DNA of 54,861 nucleotides from an uncultured Enterobacterales bacterium (GTDB lineage Bacteria; Myxococcota_A; UBA796; CAJQPC01): NCBI GenBank assembly GCA_964344945.1, contig CAYFPX010000004.1, positions 1 to 54,861 of the forward strand, read 5' to 3'. Shown piece by piece: positions 17,074 to 26,600 of this stretch (position 1 is its first letter; each line of letters starts with the position of its first letter). The notes under the pieces were generated by a model. It saw only the letters and a program-made list of their open reading frames with translations, ran no database searches and was not told where the DNA came from. The position numbers and the translations under genes were made by a program.

Positions 17074-18125
17074 CCGGGCCTCCGGACACCGACGACGACC
17101 TCCCGGTAGAAGAAGGAGCGGTCCCGGGCCCACAGGCTGGCGCACAGGTCCGGGTCCACGTCGAAGCGGGCGGCGGCCAGGGCCTGCAGGTCGTGATCCC
17201 CGTTGAGGCGGCGACCGAGCCAGGCGCCGCCTGGGGCCAGGGCCTCGGCCACCCGGTCCAGCAGGGCGAGCAGGTCCGGGACGGGCATCCAGTCGGAGAT
17301 GTTCGAGGTCTGGATCAGGTCGTAGGGACCGTGGGCGAGGGCCTCCTCGAAGCGTGCCAGCTGGAGGGTGAGGTCGTCGGCGGAACGGTGGCGGAGGGCG
17401 GCGTGCCCTTCGGGTGTGAAGGCGGGCGGCCGGCCTGCGGAAGACGGGCCGTAGTCGTCGCCCCAGACCTGCTGCCAGAAGTGGTTCTCCGCCGGCTGGA
17501 AGCGGGCCGCCGCCTGGGCGAAGACCGCGGCGAAGTGCTCGCCGAAGCTCCGGTCCATCGAGTAGTCGACCGCCGCCGGCCCGAAGATGCGCGAGAGCCG
17601 CTCCCGCTCGAAGACCCGCTCGAAGGCGGGCCGCCAGGCGGGGTGCGCAGCGGCCTCGATGGGGGCCTCCAGGGGATCGAGACCGGTCGCTGCGCGCACT
17701 TCGGCGGCCAGCTCCCGGAACAGGGCCTCGAAGCGGCCGACCCGATTCAGCCCCCAGGCCACCTGGTCCGGGCGGGCGTCCCACCAGGCCCGGGTGTCCG
17801 GGGGCAGGTGGGGCCTCAGCCGGTCGTAGAGGGCAGCGCGGTCGCCGTCGGCCAGGCCCAACAGGGCTTCGCCTTCGGAGAGCGACAGGTGCAGCGCGGT
17901 GGCCAGCCGCAACGCCACCAGGTGCAGCTGGGCCGGGTTCGGGTCGACGGCCCGGACGTGAGCCACCGCCTCGTGGCCCAGCAACCCGAGCACGGTGCAG
18001 CCGCCGGAGGCCACGACCAGCACCCGCGCCGGACGCCCCAGCCCTTCGACCACGGCCAGGTCCACCAGCGGATCTTCCCGGACCTGGGAGAAGAAGAGCT
18101 CAGTCGGCGGGGAGGAGGTCGACAT
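17070..18125 (-). CDS. DUF3419 / BtaA-like SAM-dependent 3-amino-3-carboxypropyl transferase family protein
   Basis: FSQVREDPLVDLAVV...ARVLVVASGGCTVLGLL...DLIQTSNISDWM matches the BtaA/DUF3419 pattern. Length 351 aa fits. Confidence 0.7.
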   Translation of the reverse strand: MSTSSPPTELFFSQVREDPLVDLAVVEGLGRPARVLVVASGGCTVLGLLGHEAVAHVRAVDPNPAQLHLVALRLATALHLSLSEGEALLGLADGDRAALYDRLRPHLPPDTRAWWDARPDQVAWGLNRVGRFEALFRELAAEVRAATGLDPLEAPIEAAAHPAWRPAFERVFERERLSRIFGPAAVDYSMDRSFGEHFAAVFAQAAARFQPAENHFWQQVWGDDYGPSSAGRPPAFTPEGHAALRHRSADDLTLQLARFEEALAHGPYDLIQTSNISDWMPVPDLLALLDRVAEALAPGGAWLGRRLNGDHDLQALAAARFDVDPDLCASLWARDRSFFYREVVVGVRRPG

Positions 18126-18807
18126 AGAGCGTCCAGAACCAGTGGGCCCCCAGCACCAGGCCCCTGGCGCTCCGGCGCCGCAGGCGGGGCTCGGCCCAGG
18201 CCTCCCGGGCCAGGTCCAGCAGGTCCCGGGCGTGGGCCAGGTCCAGGGTCTCGTGCAGCTGGTAGTGGTCCTGTCCGCCCGGAGCGACCCAACCCCGGTC
18301 CACCAGGGTCCGGGCGATGGTGCCGCCGATGCCGGCGTAGACGTGCTCGATGAGGCCCAGGGCCGAGGCGCTCTCCTCGTGGGAGCGGACCAGGCAGTAG
18401 TCGACGATCGCGGCGCAGAAGGCCTCGACCGGGACGGGGCAAGGGGAGGCGAGCTGCTCCGGCGAGGCGCCCAGGGCCTGCAGGTAGGCGAGGAAGGTGT
18501 GCTTGTGGGTGGTGTCGAGCCGGCCGTGGCCGTGTTCCTCGGCGACGTTCTCGGCCAGGGCCATGCGGGTCTCCAGCCGGGGGACCCGGGCCAGGGTCGC
18601 CGCCAGGGCCTGGGAGAAGTGCTCGACGGCGAAGCGGAAGGGCACCTGGGTCGCGCAGAAGGCCTCTCGGGTGGTGCTCGGGGCAGCCATCCAGCGCAGA
18701 TAGGGATGGGCCTGGAAGTCCCACACCGCCTCGACCCGCGCGACGGCGGCGTCCAGGTCCGGGAGCTCCGCCAGCGCGGACGGGTCGAGGGACGGCACAG
18801 GCCTCAT
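18100..18807 (-). CDS. Haem-oxygenase-like 'iron-containing redox enzyme' family protein (HDO/PqqC/TenA-like)
   Basis: ATG 18807 overlaps the RND stop (ATGA). All-helical sequence with the carboxylate/His cluster ALAENVAEEHGHG...HKHTF...LIEHVY. Confidence 0.65.
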   Translation of the reverse strand: MRPVPSLDPSALAELPDLDAAVARVEAVWDFQAHPYLRWMAAPSTTREAFCATQVPFRFAVEHFSQALAATLARVPRLETRMALAENVAEEHGHGRLDTTHKHTFLAYLQALGASPEQLASPCPVPVEAFCAAIVDYCLVRSHEESASALGLIEHVYAGIGGTIARTLVDRGWVAPGGQDHYQLHETLDLAHARDLLDLAREAWAEPRLRRRSARGLVLGAHWFWTLYVDLLPAD

Positions 18808-21008
18808 CGTGCGCGAGGGTGCCACAGGGTGACGCCCGCCGGCAGCACGAGCAGGTCCGCCGCCAGGGCGACGAGCAGGGCCACCGCCGACCACAGGCCG
18901 AAGGCGGCGATGGCGCCCACCTGGGCCGTGGCCAGCACGCCGAGGCCGGCGGCGAGCACCCCGGTGGTCGCCACCAGGGCTCGGCCGGTCGACCGCGCAG
19001 CGGCCCGTGCCGCCGCGTCGGGGGCCAGGGTGCGCAGCCCCTCCCGGAGCCGGTGCACCTGGTGCACGGTGTCGTCGACGACCAGCCCGAGCACGATGGC
19101 GGCGACCGTGGAGGTCGCGGCGTCCAGGGGGCGGCCGGTCCAGGCCAGTCCGCCGAAGACCGCCGCCACGGGCAGCAGGTTCACGGGCACGATCCAGACC
19201 AGCCAGCCCACCGAGCGCAGCGCCACCACCAGCACCCCGAACACCGCGAGCAGGCTGGTGCCGAAGCTGCGCAGGGTCGAGGTCGTGATGCGGTCCATCT
19301 TGGCGACGTAGAGGGGCACGTACCCGGCGGGGGTGGCCGTGGCGCCGGGGGGCAGGTCCGCGCGGGCGAGCAGGGCCTCGGTGCGGTCCTGGAGCGCGGC
19401 AGCGGAGGTGAGAGGCGCCCCGAAGGTGACCCGGAGCACGTCGGGTGGGCGCACCAGCCGATCGAGATCCGTGCCCCGGGAGCCCCCGTAGAGCAGCAGG
19501 AGCTGGTCGAGCTGAGCCGGGTCGGCCGGCAGGGAGCCGGGTCCTCCGAGGGTGCCATCGAGGCGCTGGAGAGCGGGCACCAGCGAGGTGCTCCAGGGGG
19601 CGACGCCGGCGGAGCGCACCTCGGCGAGCCAGGCCTCGACCGCCTGGAGGAGAGGGGGGCGCAGGACCCCGGCCGGGTCCTGCACCTGGACCTCCAGGGG
19701 CACCACGCCACCGACGGCCCGCTCGACCGCGTCCAGGTCCTGGCGGACCGGGTGGTCCGGCGGCAGCAGGGCGGCCGAGTCGGTGTCCACCGTCACGCCG
19801 AGGCTGCTGGCCCCCAGGAGCGCTGCGATCCCCGCCGTGACCGCCAGCGTGCGTCGGGGCGCGGCGGTGGCCAGCCGGGCCAGGCCGCCCGCCAGCGCTC
19901 CGGCGCGGCGGGAGGCGCCGGTGGCGGGCACCCAGGCGGTGCCGGGCAGGGCGGCGACGCAGATCACGCTGGAGACCAGGGCCCACGCCACGCCCGCGGC
20001 GCCGAGCAGGCCCAGCTCCTGGAGCACGGGCATCGGCGCCGCGGCGAGAGACGCGAGTCCCAGGGCCGTGGTCAGGGTCGTCAGGCCGCAGGGGGCCAGC
20101 ACCCGCTCCAGCCCGCCGACCACCCGGGCGTCGAGCGAGTCCTGCTCCGGGGTCTCCTCGACCGCCAGCAGCAGGTGCACGCAGTCCGCGACCCCGAGCA
20201 CCAGGACCAGGGTCGGCACCACCATCGTGACCAGGTTCAGCGACCGCCCGGTCCACCCGGCCAGGCCCAGGGTGGCCACCGACGCGCCGGCCACGGCGAC
20301 CGCGGACAGCAGCGCCGGCCGGGCTCGCCCGAAGGCCCAGCCCAGGCCCAGGAGCACGACCCCCAGGGCGAGTCCGTAGAGCCGCGTGCCTTCGCTGCGG
20401 CTCAGGGCGTTGAGGGCCTGGGTGAGCACGGCGACCCCGGCCAGGTGGTGCGCGTGGGGCGCGAGCACCTGTCGGATCTCGGCGAGCACCGCATCGCGGC
20501 GAGCGTCGTCGTCCACGGCCCGGGTCAGGCGGGCCTCCAGCAGCAGGCCGTCGGCGGCGGCGGTGACCGCGGTGCCGCTCAGCAGCGGGTCGGCCAGGGC
20601 CTCGGCCAGCACGGCCTCGGCCTCTGGCAGGGGGCCTTCGGCGGGCAGCAGCGGCGCGACCTGGAGCCAGTCCTCGCCGGCGCGGGGCAGGAGCACGGTG
20701 CTCAGGGAGCGCACCTCGCGGACATCGGGCAGGGCCTCCAGGGCGCGGCTGATGCTTCGGAGACGCTCCAGGTCGGAGCCGCTGACCCGCCCGGAGTCCG
20801 CGGGCAGCAGCACGAAGAGCGCTTCGTCGTGGCCGAAGTCGCGCTGGAAGGCCCGGTAGGCCTGGAGCTGGGGGTCGTCGGGGGCGAACCAGACCTCCAG
20901 GCCGTTGTCGACGTGGAGCCGGGGCAGGCCCAGGGCGGCCAGGGCGACAAAGGCCGCCCAGAGGAGGAGCAGGGGGTGGCGGTTGCGGCGGAGTGACCGG
21001 GCGAGCAC
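18804..21008 (-). CDS. RND superfamily / MMPL-type exporter
   Basis: 734 aa with two blocks of multiple TM helices separated by soluble loops. N-terminus ...LGLPRLHVDNGLEVWFAPDDPQLQAYRAFQRDFGHDEALFVLL is typical of MMPL/HpnN-like proteins. GTG start. Confidence 0.8.
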   Translation of the reverse strand: MLARSLRRNRHPLLLLWAAFVALAALGLPRLHVDNGLEVWFAPDDPQLQAYRAFQRDFGHDEALFVLLPADSGRVSGSDLERLRSISRALEALPDVREVRSLSTVLLPRAGEDWLQVAPLLPAEGPLPEAEAVLAEALADPLLSGTAVTAAADGLLLEARLTRAVDDDARRDAVLAEIRQVLAPHAHHLAGVAVLTQALNALSRSEGTRLYGLALGVVLLGLGWAFGRARPALLSAVAVAGASVATLGLAGWTGRSLNLVTMVVPTLVLVLGVADCVHLLLAVEETPEQDSLDARVVGGLERVLAPCGLTTLTTALGLASLAAAPMPVLQELGLLGAAGVAWALVSSVICVAALPGTAWVPATGASRRAGALAGGLARLATAAPRRTLAVTAGIAALLGASSLGVTVDTDSAALLPPDHPVRQDLDAVERAVGGVVPLEVQVQDPAGVLRPPLLQAVEAWLAEVRSAGVAPWSTSLVPALQRLDGTLGGPGSLPADPAQLDQLLLLYGGSRGTDLDRLVRPPDVLRVTFGAPLTSAAALQDRTEALLARADLPPGATATPAGYVPLYVAKMDRITTSTLRSFGTSLLAVFGVLVVALRSVGWLVWIVPVNLLPVAAVFGGLAWTGRPLDAATSTVAAIVLGLVVDDTVHQVHRLREGLRTLAPDAAARAAARSTGRALVATTGVLAAGLGVLATAQVGAIAAFGLWSAVALLVALAADLLVLPAGVTLWHPRAR

Positions 21009-21095
21009 CGCCCGATCCTATGGGCTCCGCCCGGGGGAGGGTCAGCCCGCTCACCGCACAGCCGGCCGAGCCCCCTCGAGCTCGGGGCTGGTCAT

Positions 21096-21285
21096 GTCAG
21101 CACCCCCCTCCGAATGCGACAGCGGTGTGAGCACCCCCCCTCGGGTGCGACAGTTCCGGACCGTGCAGCCCTTCCAGGGCCCAGATTCCTGCCTCTGAGC
21201 CCCGAATTGGCCCCTGGAGGAGCCGAAGTGTCGCACCCGAGGGGGGGTGCTCACAGCGGAGTCGCATTGGACAGGGGGTGCTGAC
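21096..21285. repeat. REPIN/MITE-like palindromic element, family A, copy 1 (190 bp)
   Basis: Ends GTCAGCACCCC...GGGGTGCTGAC. Each ~60-bp arm is two ~27-bp units (GTCAGCACCCCCCTCCGAATGCGACAG, GTGAGCACCCCCCCTCGGGTGCGACAG), repeated inverted on the other side. A second 190-bp copy lies at 34707-34896. Confidence 0.8.
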
Positions 21286-21318
21286 AGAGGACACCTCCGA
21301 CCGGCGCCGGACCCGAAA

Positions 21319-22782
21319 TCACCCGCCCTCGCGGAAGCTCAGCACGATCGCATCGAAGGCCTCCCTGCCCCACTCCCGCTGGAAGGTGTCGACCAGCTGT
21401 CGGATCGGCTTCACGGCCTCCTGTCCGCCGAGCACCTCGGCCTTGTGGCGCCCCTCGAGGAGCGCGCCCACGGCCCCGCGGCGGTCCCCCAGCTCCGCTG
21501 CGGCGGTGGCCAGGCCCACCACCGCCACGGCCAGTCGCGGTCCGTCGCGGGCCGCCAGGGCCGTGGAACGAGCGACCTTGAGCGGACCCAGGCGCTGCTG
21601 GGCGTCGTCGGTGTTCCGGGCGACGCCCAGGGCTGCGCGTACGCAGACGTGGGCGACCTCCGGAGAGGGTTCCAGGTCGAGCAGCGTGCGCTGGAACAGT
21701 CGCCGCGCGGCACCGCGCTCGCCCTGAAGCTCGACGACCAGGGCCTGGGTGAGCCGCGCGCGGCCCCGCAGCACGGCGTGGGAGAGCGCTGCGGCGCCAA
21801 CCAGCGCGTCCTCGGCGGCCGCCTCGGCCTGCTCGAAGCGACCCAGGTGCGCGAGGGCCAGGGCCTCCTCCATGCGGGACATCAGGGCCCAGGACGCGTG
21901 GCCGGCGCCGCTGGCGACGGCACCTACACGGGTGGCCAGGGTGACCACGCTCTCGTGGTCCCCCGTGGCCAGGGCGTGGGCCTGGAGCCGGACCCCGGCG
22001 AGCCGCGCGGCGAGGTGGGCCCCCGTGCTCTCGGCAGCGTCGAGCACGGCCTCCCATGCCGGCAGGTGCGCGGCCACGGCGTCAGGGCCCTGGGCGGAGA
22101 GGCGGTGATCGTCGAGCACGGCGATGACCGCAGCCAGGTCGGCAGCGAGCCCGGGCTGGGCTTGGGCCACCTCGTCCTGCCAGCGGACCAGGGAGGCCCG
22201 CAGCGGGCCCAGGGCACGCTCGGGGGTGACCGCCTGGTCCGACAGGCGCTGCGCCAGGTCCTCCAGGTCCCTCTCCAGGGCGGGGAGGTCGGTGGGCGTC
22301 GCTGGGCCCTGCTGCGGCAGCTTGCCGACCAGTCGATCCAGCTTCGCGAGCAGCGCGTGGGCGTCTTCCAGGGCGGCGGCCAGGCCCGGGCTCGGGTTCG
22401 CCGCGTGGGCGGCCTGGAGCAGGGTCTGGATGGGGTCGGGCGCCCGGTCCCGGTCCTGGTCCCGGAGGGCAGCGGCCGCCGCGTCGGCCTCTCGTGCGGC
22501 CCGGACCGCGTGCTGGACCGACCGCTGGCCGAGGGGGAGGAGGACCTGTAGCGGCTTGATCATGCCGGCAAGGCCCTTCAGGGACTTGGGGTCGTCCAGC
22601 TGCAGCTGCTGGGCCAGGGCCTGGACCGCCGCGACGGGGTCCGACGCCTCGAGGGCTTCGGCGATGCGCAGTGCGGTCTGACCGATGGGCCCGGGCAGCC
22701 GGGCCGCGGCGCCGCGCAGCTCGGCGGGGCTCAGCCCTTCGAGGGCCTTGCGGGCGGTCTGGGGCAGAGGGCGATCGCTCAT
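21319..22782 (-). CDS. Hypothetical helical-repeat (TPR-like) protein
   Basis: 487-aa ATG ORF, Ala/Leu-rich helical, 20 nt downstream of the preceding gene. Confidence 0.55.
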   Translation of the reverse strand: MSDRPLPQTARKALEGLSPAELRGAAARLPGPIGQTALRIAEALEASDPVAAVQALAQQLQLDDPKSLKGLAGMIKPLQVLLPLGQRSVQHAVRAAREADAAAAALRDQDRDRAPDPIQTLLQAAHAANPSPGLAAALEDAHALLAKLDRLVGKLPQQGPATPTDLPALERDLEDLAQRLSDQAVTPERALGPLRASLVRWQDEVAQAQPGLAADLAAVIAVLDDHRLSAQGPDAVAAHLPAWEAVLDAAESTGAHLAARLAGVRLQAHALATGDHESVVTLATRVGAVASGAGHASWALMSRMEEALALAHLGRFEQAEAAAEDALVGAAALSHAVLRGRARLTQALVVELQGERGAARRLFQRTLLDLEPSPEVAHVCVRAALGVARNTDDAQQRLGPLKVARSTALAARDGPRLAVAVVGLATAAAELGDRRGAVGALLEGRHKAEVLGGQEAVKPIRQLVDTFQREWGREAFDAIVLSFREGG

Positions 22783-22802
22783 GGCCGCAGCCTACTGGGT
22801 GG

Positions 22803-23678
22803 TCAGCCGCGCACCAAGGACGCCAGGAGGACACCCAGGGTCAGCAAGACCCAGCCGATCCAGAACCAGCCGTGCCAGGTCACCGTGAGGCGGCCGCTGG
22901 GGGAGACCGCCGCGGCGCAGTGGCGGGAGTCGGTGAAGAGGCGCACGGAGCCGGGGGCGATCAGGACAGCGAAGGGGCCGGGGCCTTCGTAGCCGTCGTC
23001 GCCGAACTTGAACTTCTTGATGCTGATCTTGTACCGCTCGCCGGTGGGGTGGACGTAGCGGTAGGTGTACTGGATCCTGCGCGTGTCCCTGGACCGGACC
23101 TCGCCGTAGGTGACCTGGGACTCGACCTTCTCCACCAGTCCGATCGGCCCCGCTCGCAGCCGGTCCATGTGCTTCAGGTTGTCCCAGAACGAGATGGCGA
23201 ACAGCGCTGCAGGGATGACGAGCCAGGGGAGCATGGTGGGCTCGGCGAGGACTCCTGGCTCGAGGAAGGCGAGGGTCGCGACGAACAGCAGCATGCACCA
23301 GCCGACCTTGGCGGCCAGGGTGCCCACCACGGCCAGCTCGAAGCCGAGGGGGAGACCCAGCACCCGCGGCGCGGGCTCCAGAGCCAGGATGCGGGCCGCA
23401 GAGCGTGGGGAGGTGTCGCGGACCAGCGCCTCGACCGTGCCAGGCCCCGCCAGACCCACCCGCACCCGGGCCATGGCCAGGGCCACCTGGCTGGGCCGAT
23501 CCCAGTCGTCCGCGCCTCGCCCCAGCTGCTCGACGATGGCCTTGTGCGGCTCGGTCTCCGTGAGGCGTTGGAGCCAGTGGACCCGTTGCGGGGGCCACGC
23601 GCTGTCGAACAGCTTCCAGGCGCCAGCCGGGTCGCTGCGGCCCTCGAGGAGCTCGGTCCAGGGGTCGGCGCTCGCCAA
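22803..23678 (-). CDS. Membrane protein, hypothetical (DUF3592-like TM/beta/TM C-terminal half)
   Basis: TTG start 3 nt after the stop of the giant gene. Central hydrophobic helices; C-terminus ...VTWHGWFWIGWVLLTLGVLLASLV. Confidence 0.55.
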   Translation of the reverse strand: MASADPWTELLEGRSDPAGAWKLFDSAWPPQRVHWLQRLTETEPHKAIVEQLGRGADDWDRPSQVALAMARVRVGLAGPGTVEALVRDTSPRSAARILALEPAPRVLGLPLGFELAVVGTLAAKVGWCMLLFVATLAFLEPGVLAEPTMLPWLVIPAALFAISFWDNLKHMDRLRAGPIGLVEKVESQVTYGEVRSRDTRRIQYTYRYVHPTGERYKISIKKFKFGDDGYEGPGPFAVLIAPGSVRLFTDSRHCAAAVSPSGRLTVTWHGWFWIGWVLLTLGVLLASLVRG

Positions 23679-23681
23679 GCC

Positions 23682-26600
23682 TCAGTTGCCCTGTCCCGCT
23701 TCGTACTGAACCCGGTGCTGGCGGTAGGTCGCGGCCCAGGTGGCCATCTCCATCAGGTCCGTGTTGTAGGAACCGGCCTTCTCCTCGGCCGTGGCGCCGG
23801 CGCTGTCCCGGGCGGCCAGGTGGCTGGCCTTGGTGGTCTTGATGTTCTGGAGCACGCAGTCGTTCTCGTCGATCTTGCCCTCGAGCTGGCTGTTCGCGTC
23901 GCCCATGTTGCTGGCCATGTCCTGCTGGGTCGTCGAGAGCTGGGTCAGGGCCTCCTGCTCCTGGGAGCTGGCGTCCTGGGAGGCGCTGGTGGACTCTGTG
24001 GCGTTCTCGTTGACCGCGTCCTGGGCCGACGCGGACTCGCTGCCCATGGCGGACATGTCGCCGGAGCTGGCCTGCTCGTCCTGGGCCTCGGCGCCCTCGT
24101 CCATCTTGCCGCCCGCGTTCGCGGTCTCTGAGGCCACGGAGGCGTCGGCCGGCGAGGTGCCCGGCTCGGCGCCGGACAGGGTGGCTGCCCGCTGAGAAGC
24201 CTGCTGCTGGCCCTCTGCGATGGGCCCTGCGGCGTCCTCGGCGGCCTGCTGGATCGGCTTGCCCTCGCCCTCGAGCAAGGCGGTGCCCTCGTCGACCGAG
24301 ACCTGCATGCGCAGCTCGGCCAGGTAGGCCCGGTAGGCCAGGGCGTGGTTCACGGCGTAGTCGGCGGCCGCCTGCTCGGCCTCTTCCCGGACCCGGCCCA
24401 TGGCCTCCAGATCCTTGGGCGGGGCCTTCACCATGTGCTGGACGCTCGGGCTACCGACCTGGTTGACGCCGCTGCGGAGCAGCTCCCCGGCGCCGCCCAG
24501 GAAGCCGGTGATCTGCTGGAGCGTGGACTCCTCGGGGCGGTGGTTGAGCAGGTCTTCCTCGCTGGTGTTCAGCACCGCCTGGTCCCGCTCGAAGTTCTGC
24601 CGGGCCTGGGTCTGGGGGGACGGATCCGCGGAGACCCCGGGCGCGATCGCCCGCCCGATGCGCGCCAGCTGCTCCTGGAATTCGCCGGCGGCCAGGGCTT
24701 CGAGCAGCTCGCGGTAGGAGCTTCCCACGCCGCCCATCGCGTTGCCGGAGCTGACCACTTCGCTGTTGAAGACGTTGTCCGCCAACCAGTTGCGCGCGCC
24801 TCCGGGGCCCTCCTCGGCGGGGGTGCTCTGGTCCCGCTCGTGCTGGGTCGGGTAGGGGGTACTGAGCAGCCGTTCCTCCAGGGTCCGATGCTCCTCCTGG
24901 GCGTCGGTGTGGGCCTTCTCGGCGGCGTCGGCGGCGGTCTCGGACTGCTGGGCCTGGGTCTGGGCGGCGGCCGCTTGCTCCTCCAGGGAGCCGTTCTCCC
25001 CCTCGGTCGGGCTGTCGGCGTCCTGTGCGGCGGCTTCGGCGGCGTCCTGGGACCCGCTGGAGTCCGTGGTGGTGGAAGCACCGAGCGGCGTGAGGTTCAT
25101 CTCGTGGGCGTAGGTCGACTTCTCGACGTAGCGACCCCAGGCCTCGTTGTACTGCTGCGTGGCGCCGTCGGTGATGTAGGCGTGCTGGTCGGCCAGGTGG
25201 TCGGGCACGGTGACCTGGTTCCAGTCGACATAGTGGCAGTTGCCGTCCTGGTCCACGTAGATGACGCCGCCGTCCTGGGCCTCGATGACCCGGTGTGAGG
25301 CGGCGTCGTCCCCAGAGCCGATCGTGACCTGCTCCCCCTCGAACTGGGCCTTGGCCTCCTCGGTTCGCCGGGGCACCTCGACCTCCGCTTCCTTGCGGGC
25401 CGCCTCGGCGTCCCGCAGCAGCTGGGCCTGCTCGGCGCTGGCGGCCTCTGCGGCGTCGCTGGCCTCCTGGGCCCGCTGCTCCTGGGCCGCTTGCTCCTCC
25501 TGGCGGGTGCGCTCGGCCTCGAGCTCCTGCTGCAGCCGGTCGGCCTCGGCCCGGTCGTCGTCGGCCTGCTGGCGCCGGTCCAGCGCCTCCTGCTCCATCT
25601 CGGGCAGACTCTCGTCCAGCTCCTGGCGGCGGGTGTCGTCGGCGCTGTCGGTGTCGAGCTGCCGCGCGGCGCCGTCGCCCGGGTCGCTCTCGAGGGGGTT
25701 GCGCGTCACGCTCTCGTCCGCGCCGTCCGACGAGATCACGTTCAGCCAGCTCCGCGCGACCTCCACGTCGCGGCCGAGCATGTTCTTCACCGTCTCCGCC
25801 TCGGCCAGCTGGGAGCGAATGCTGTCGATGGCGGCCTGCTCCGCCGGGCCGCCCGAGGAGTCGGCCATCAGGTCGTTGAGGGCGCCCTGGAGTCGGTCGA
25901 CGTCCTGCCGCGCCTGGTCGAACTCCGCGACGATCTCGGCCAGGCGGGAACGCTGGGTCTGGGGGTCGAAGTCCGCCCGCATCTGCTCCTTGAAGGTGCT
26001 CAGCTCGTCCATGAGCTCCGCCCGCGCCTGGCGGTTCGGAAAGATGCTGCCGATCAGGACGTCCCGGAAGGTCTTGCGGCTCTGGTCGGCAGGGGAGTTG
26101 CCGTCGCCGTCGGGAGCGTCGTTGTCGGGGGTGCGGTCCGGGTCCTGGTCGGGTGCCGTGCCCTCGTCGGGGGTGGGCTCGGCGGTGTCGTCGGGCGGGG
26201 TCGCGGTGTCCTCGGTAGGGGTGGCCGTGCCCTCGTCGCTCGCCGCGGCCTCGCTGGCGTCGATCTCCGCGACCGCGTCGGCCTTGGCCTCCGAAGCGTT
26301 GTCCAGCTCGGTGGTGACATTGTCCGCCGTGCTGTCCAGGGTCCCTTCCGCCGCTTCGACGGTGCCCTCGCCCGCCGGCTGGCCCTCGGCCTGGGCGGCG
26401 GCATCGGGGGTGCCGCTGTCGGGGGCGGACGGCCGGATCGCCCCACCGACCCAGTCCTGCGCGGCTTCGCCGGTCTGCTCGCCCGCGTACTCCCCGAACT
26501 TGGTCCCGAAGTTGTCCGAGGCCTCGCCCACCGCGCCCAGCTCCTGGGCGTAGATGTCCGCCGGCACCAGGAAGGCCGACGCTGTGCGCAGGAGGAAGGC

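Noticed and set aside
18819-20996. 725-aa plus-strand ORF, and the 984-aa ORF 18100..21054, overlapping the RND gene
   Set aside because: Both are Arg/Gly/Pro/Ala-rich off-frame products. Only the last 235 codons of 18100..21054 (from ATG 18807) look like a real protein.
21051-21294. Small ORFs (65-97 aa) across the family-A repeat, and their counterparts at 34736-34942
   Set aside because: Their similar 'proteins' (…PPRVRQFRTV…) merely reflect translation of the repeated DNA element on both strands.
26050-26430. DNA tandem repeat in the acidic region of the giant gene
   Set aside because: Only short reiterations (for example ccgtgccctcgtcg twice) are present, reflecting D/E/G/T/P low-complexity coding. 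There is no regular period.
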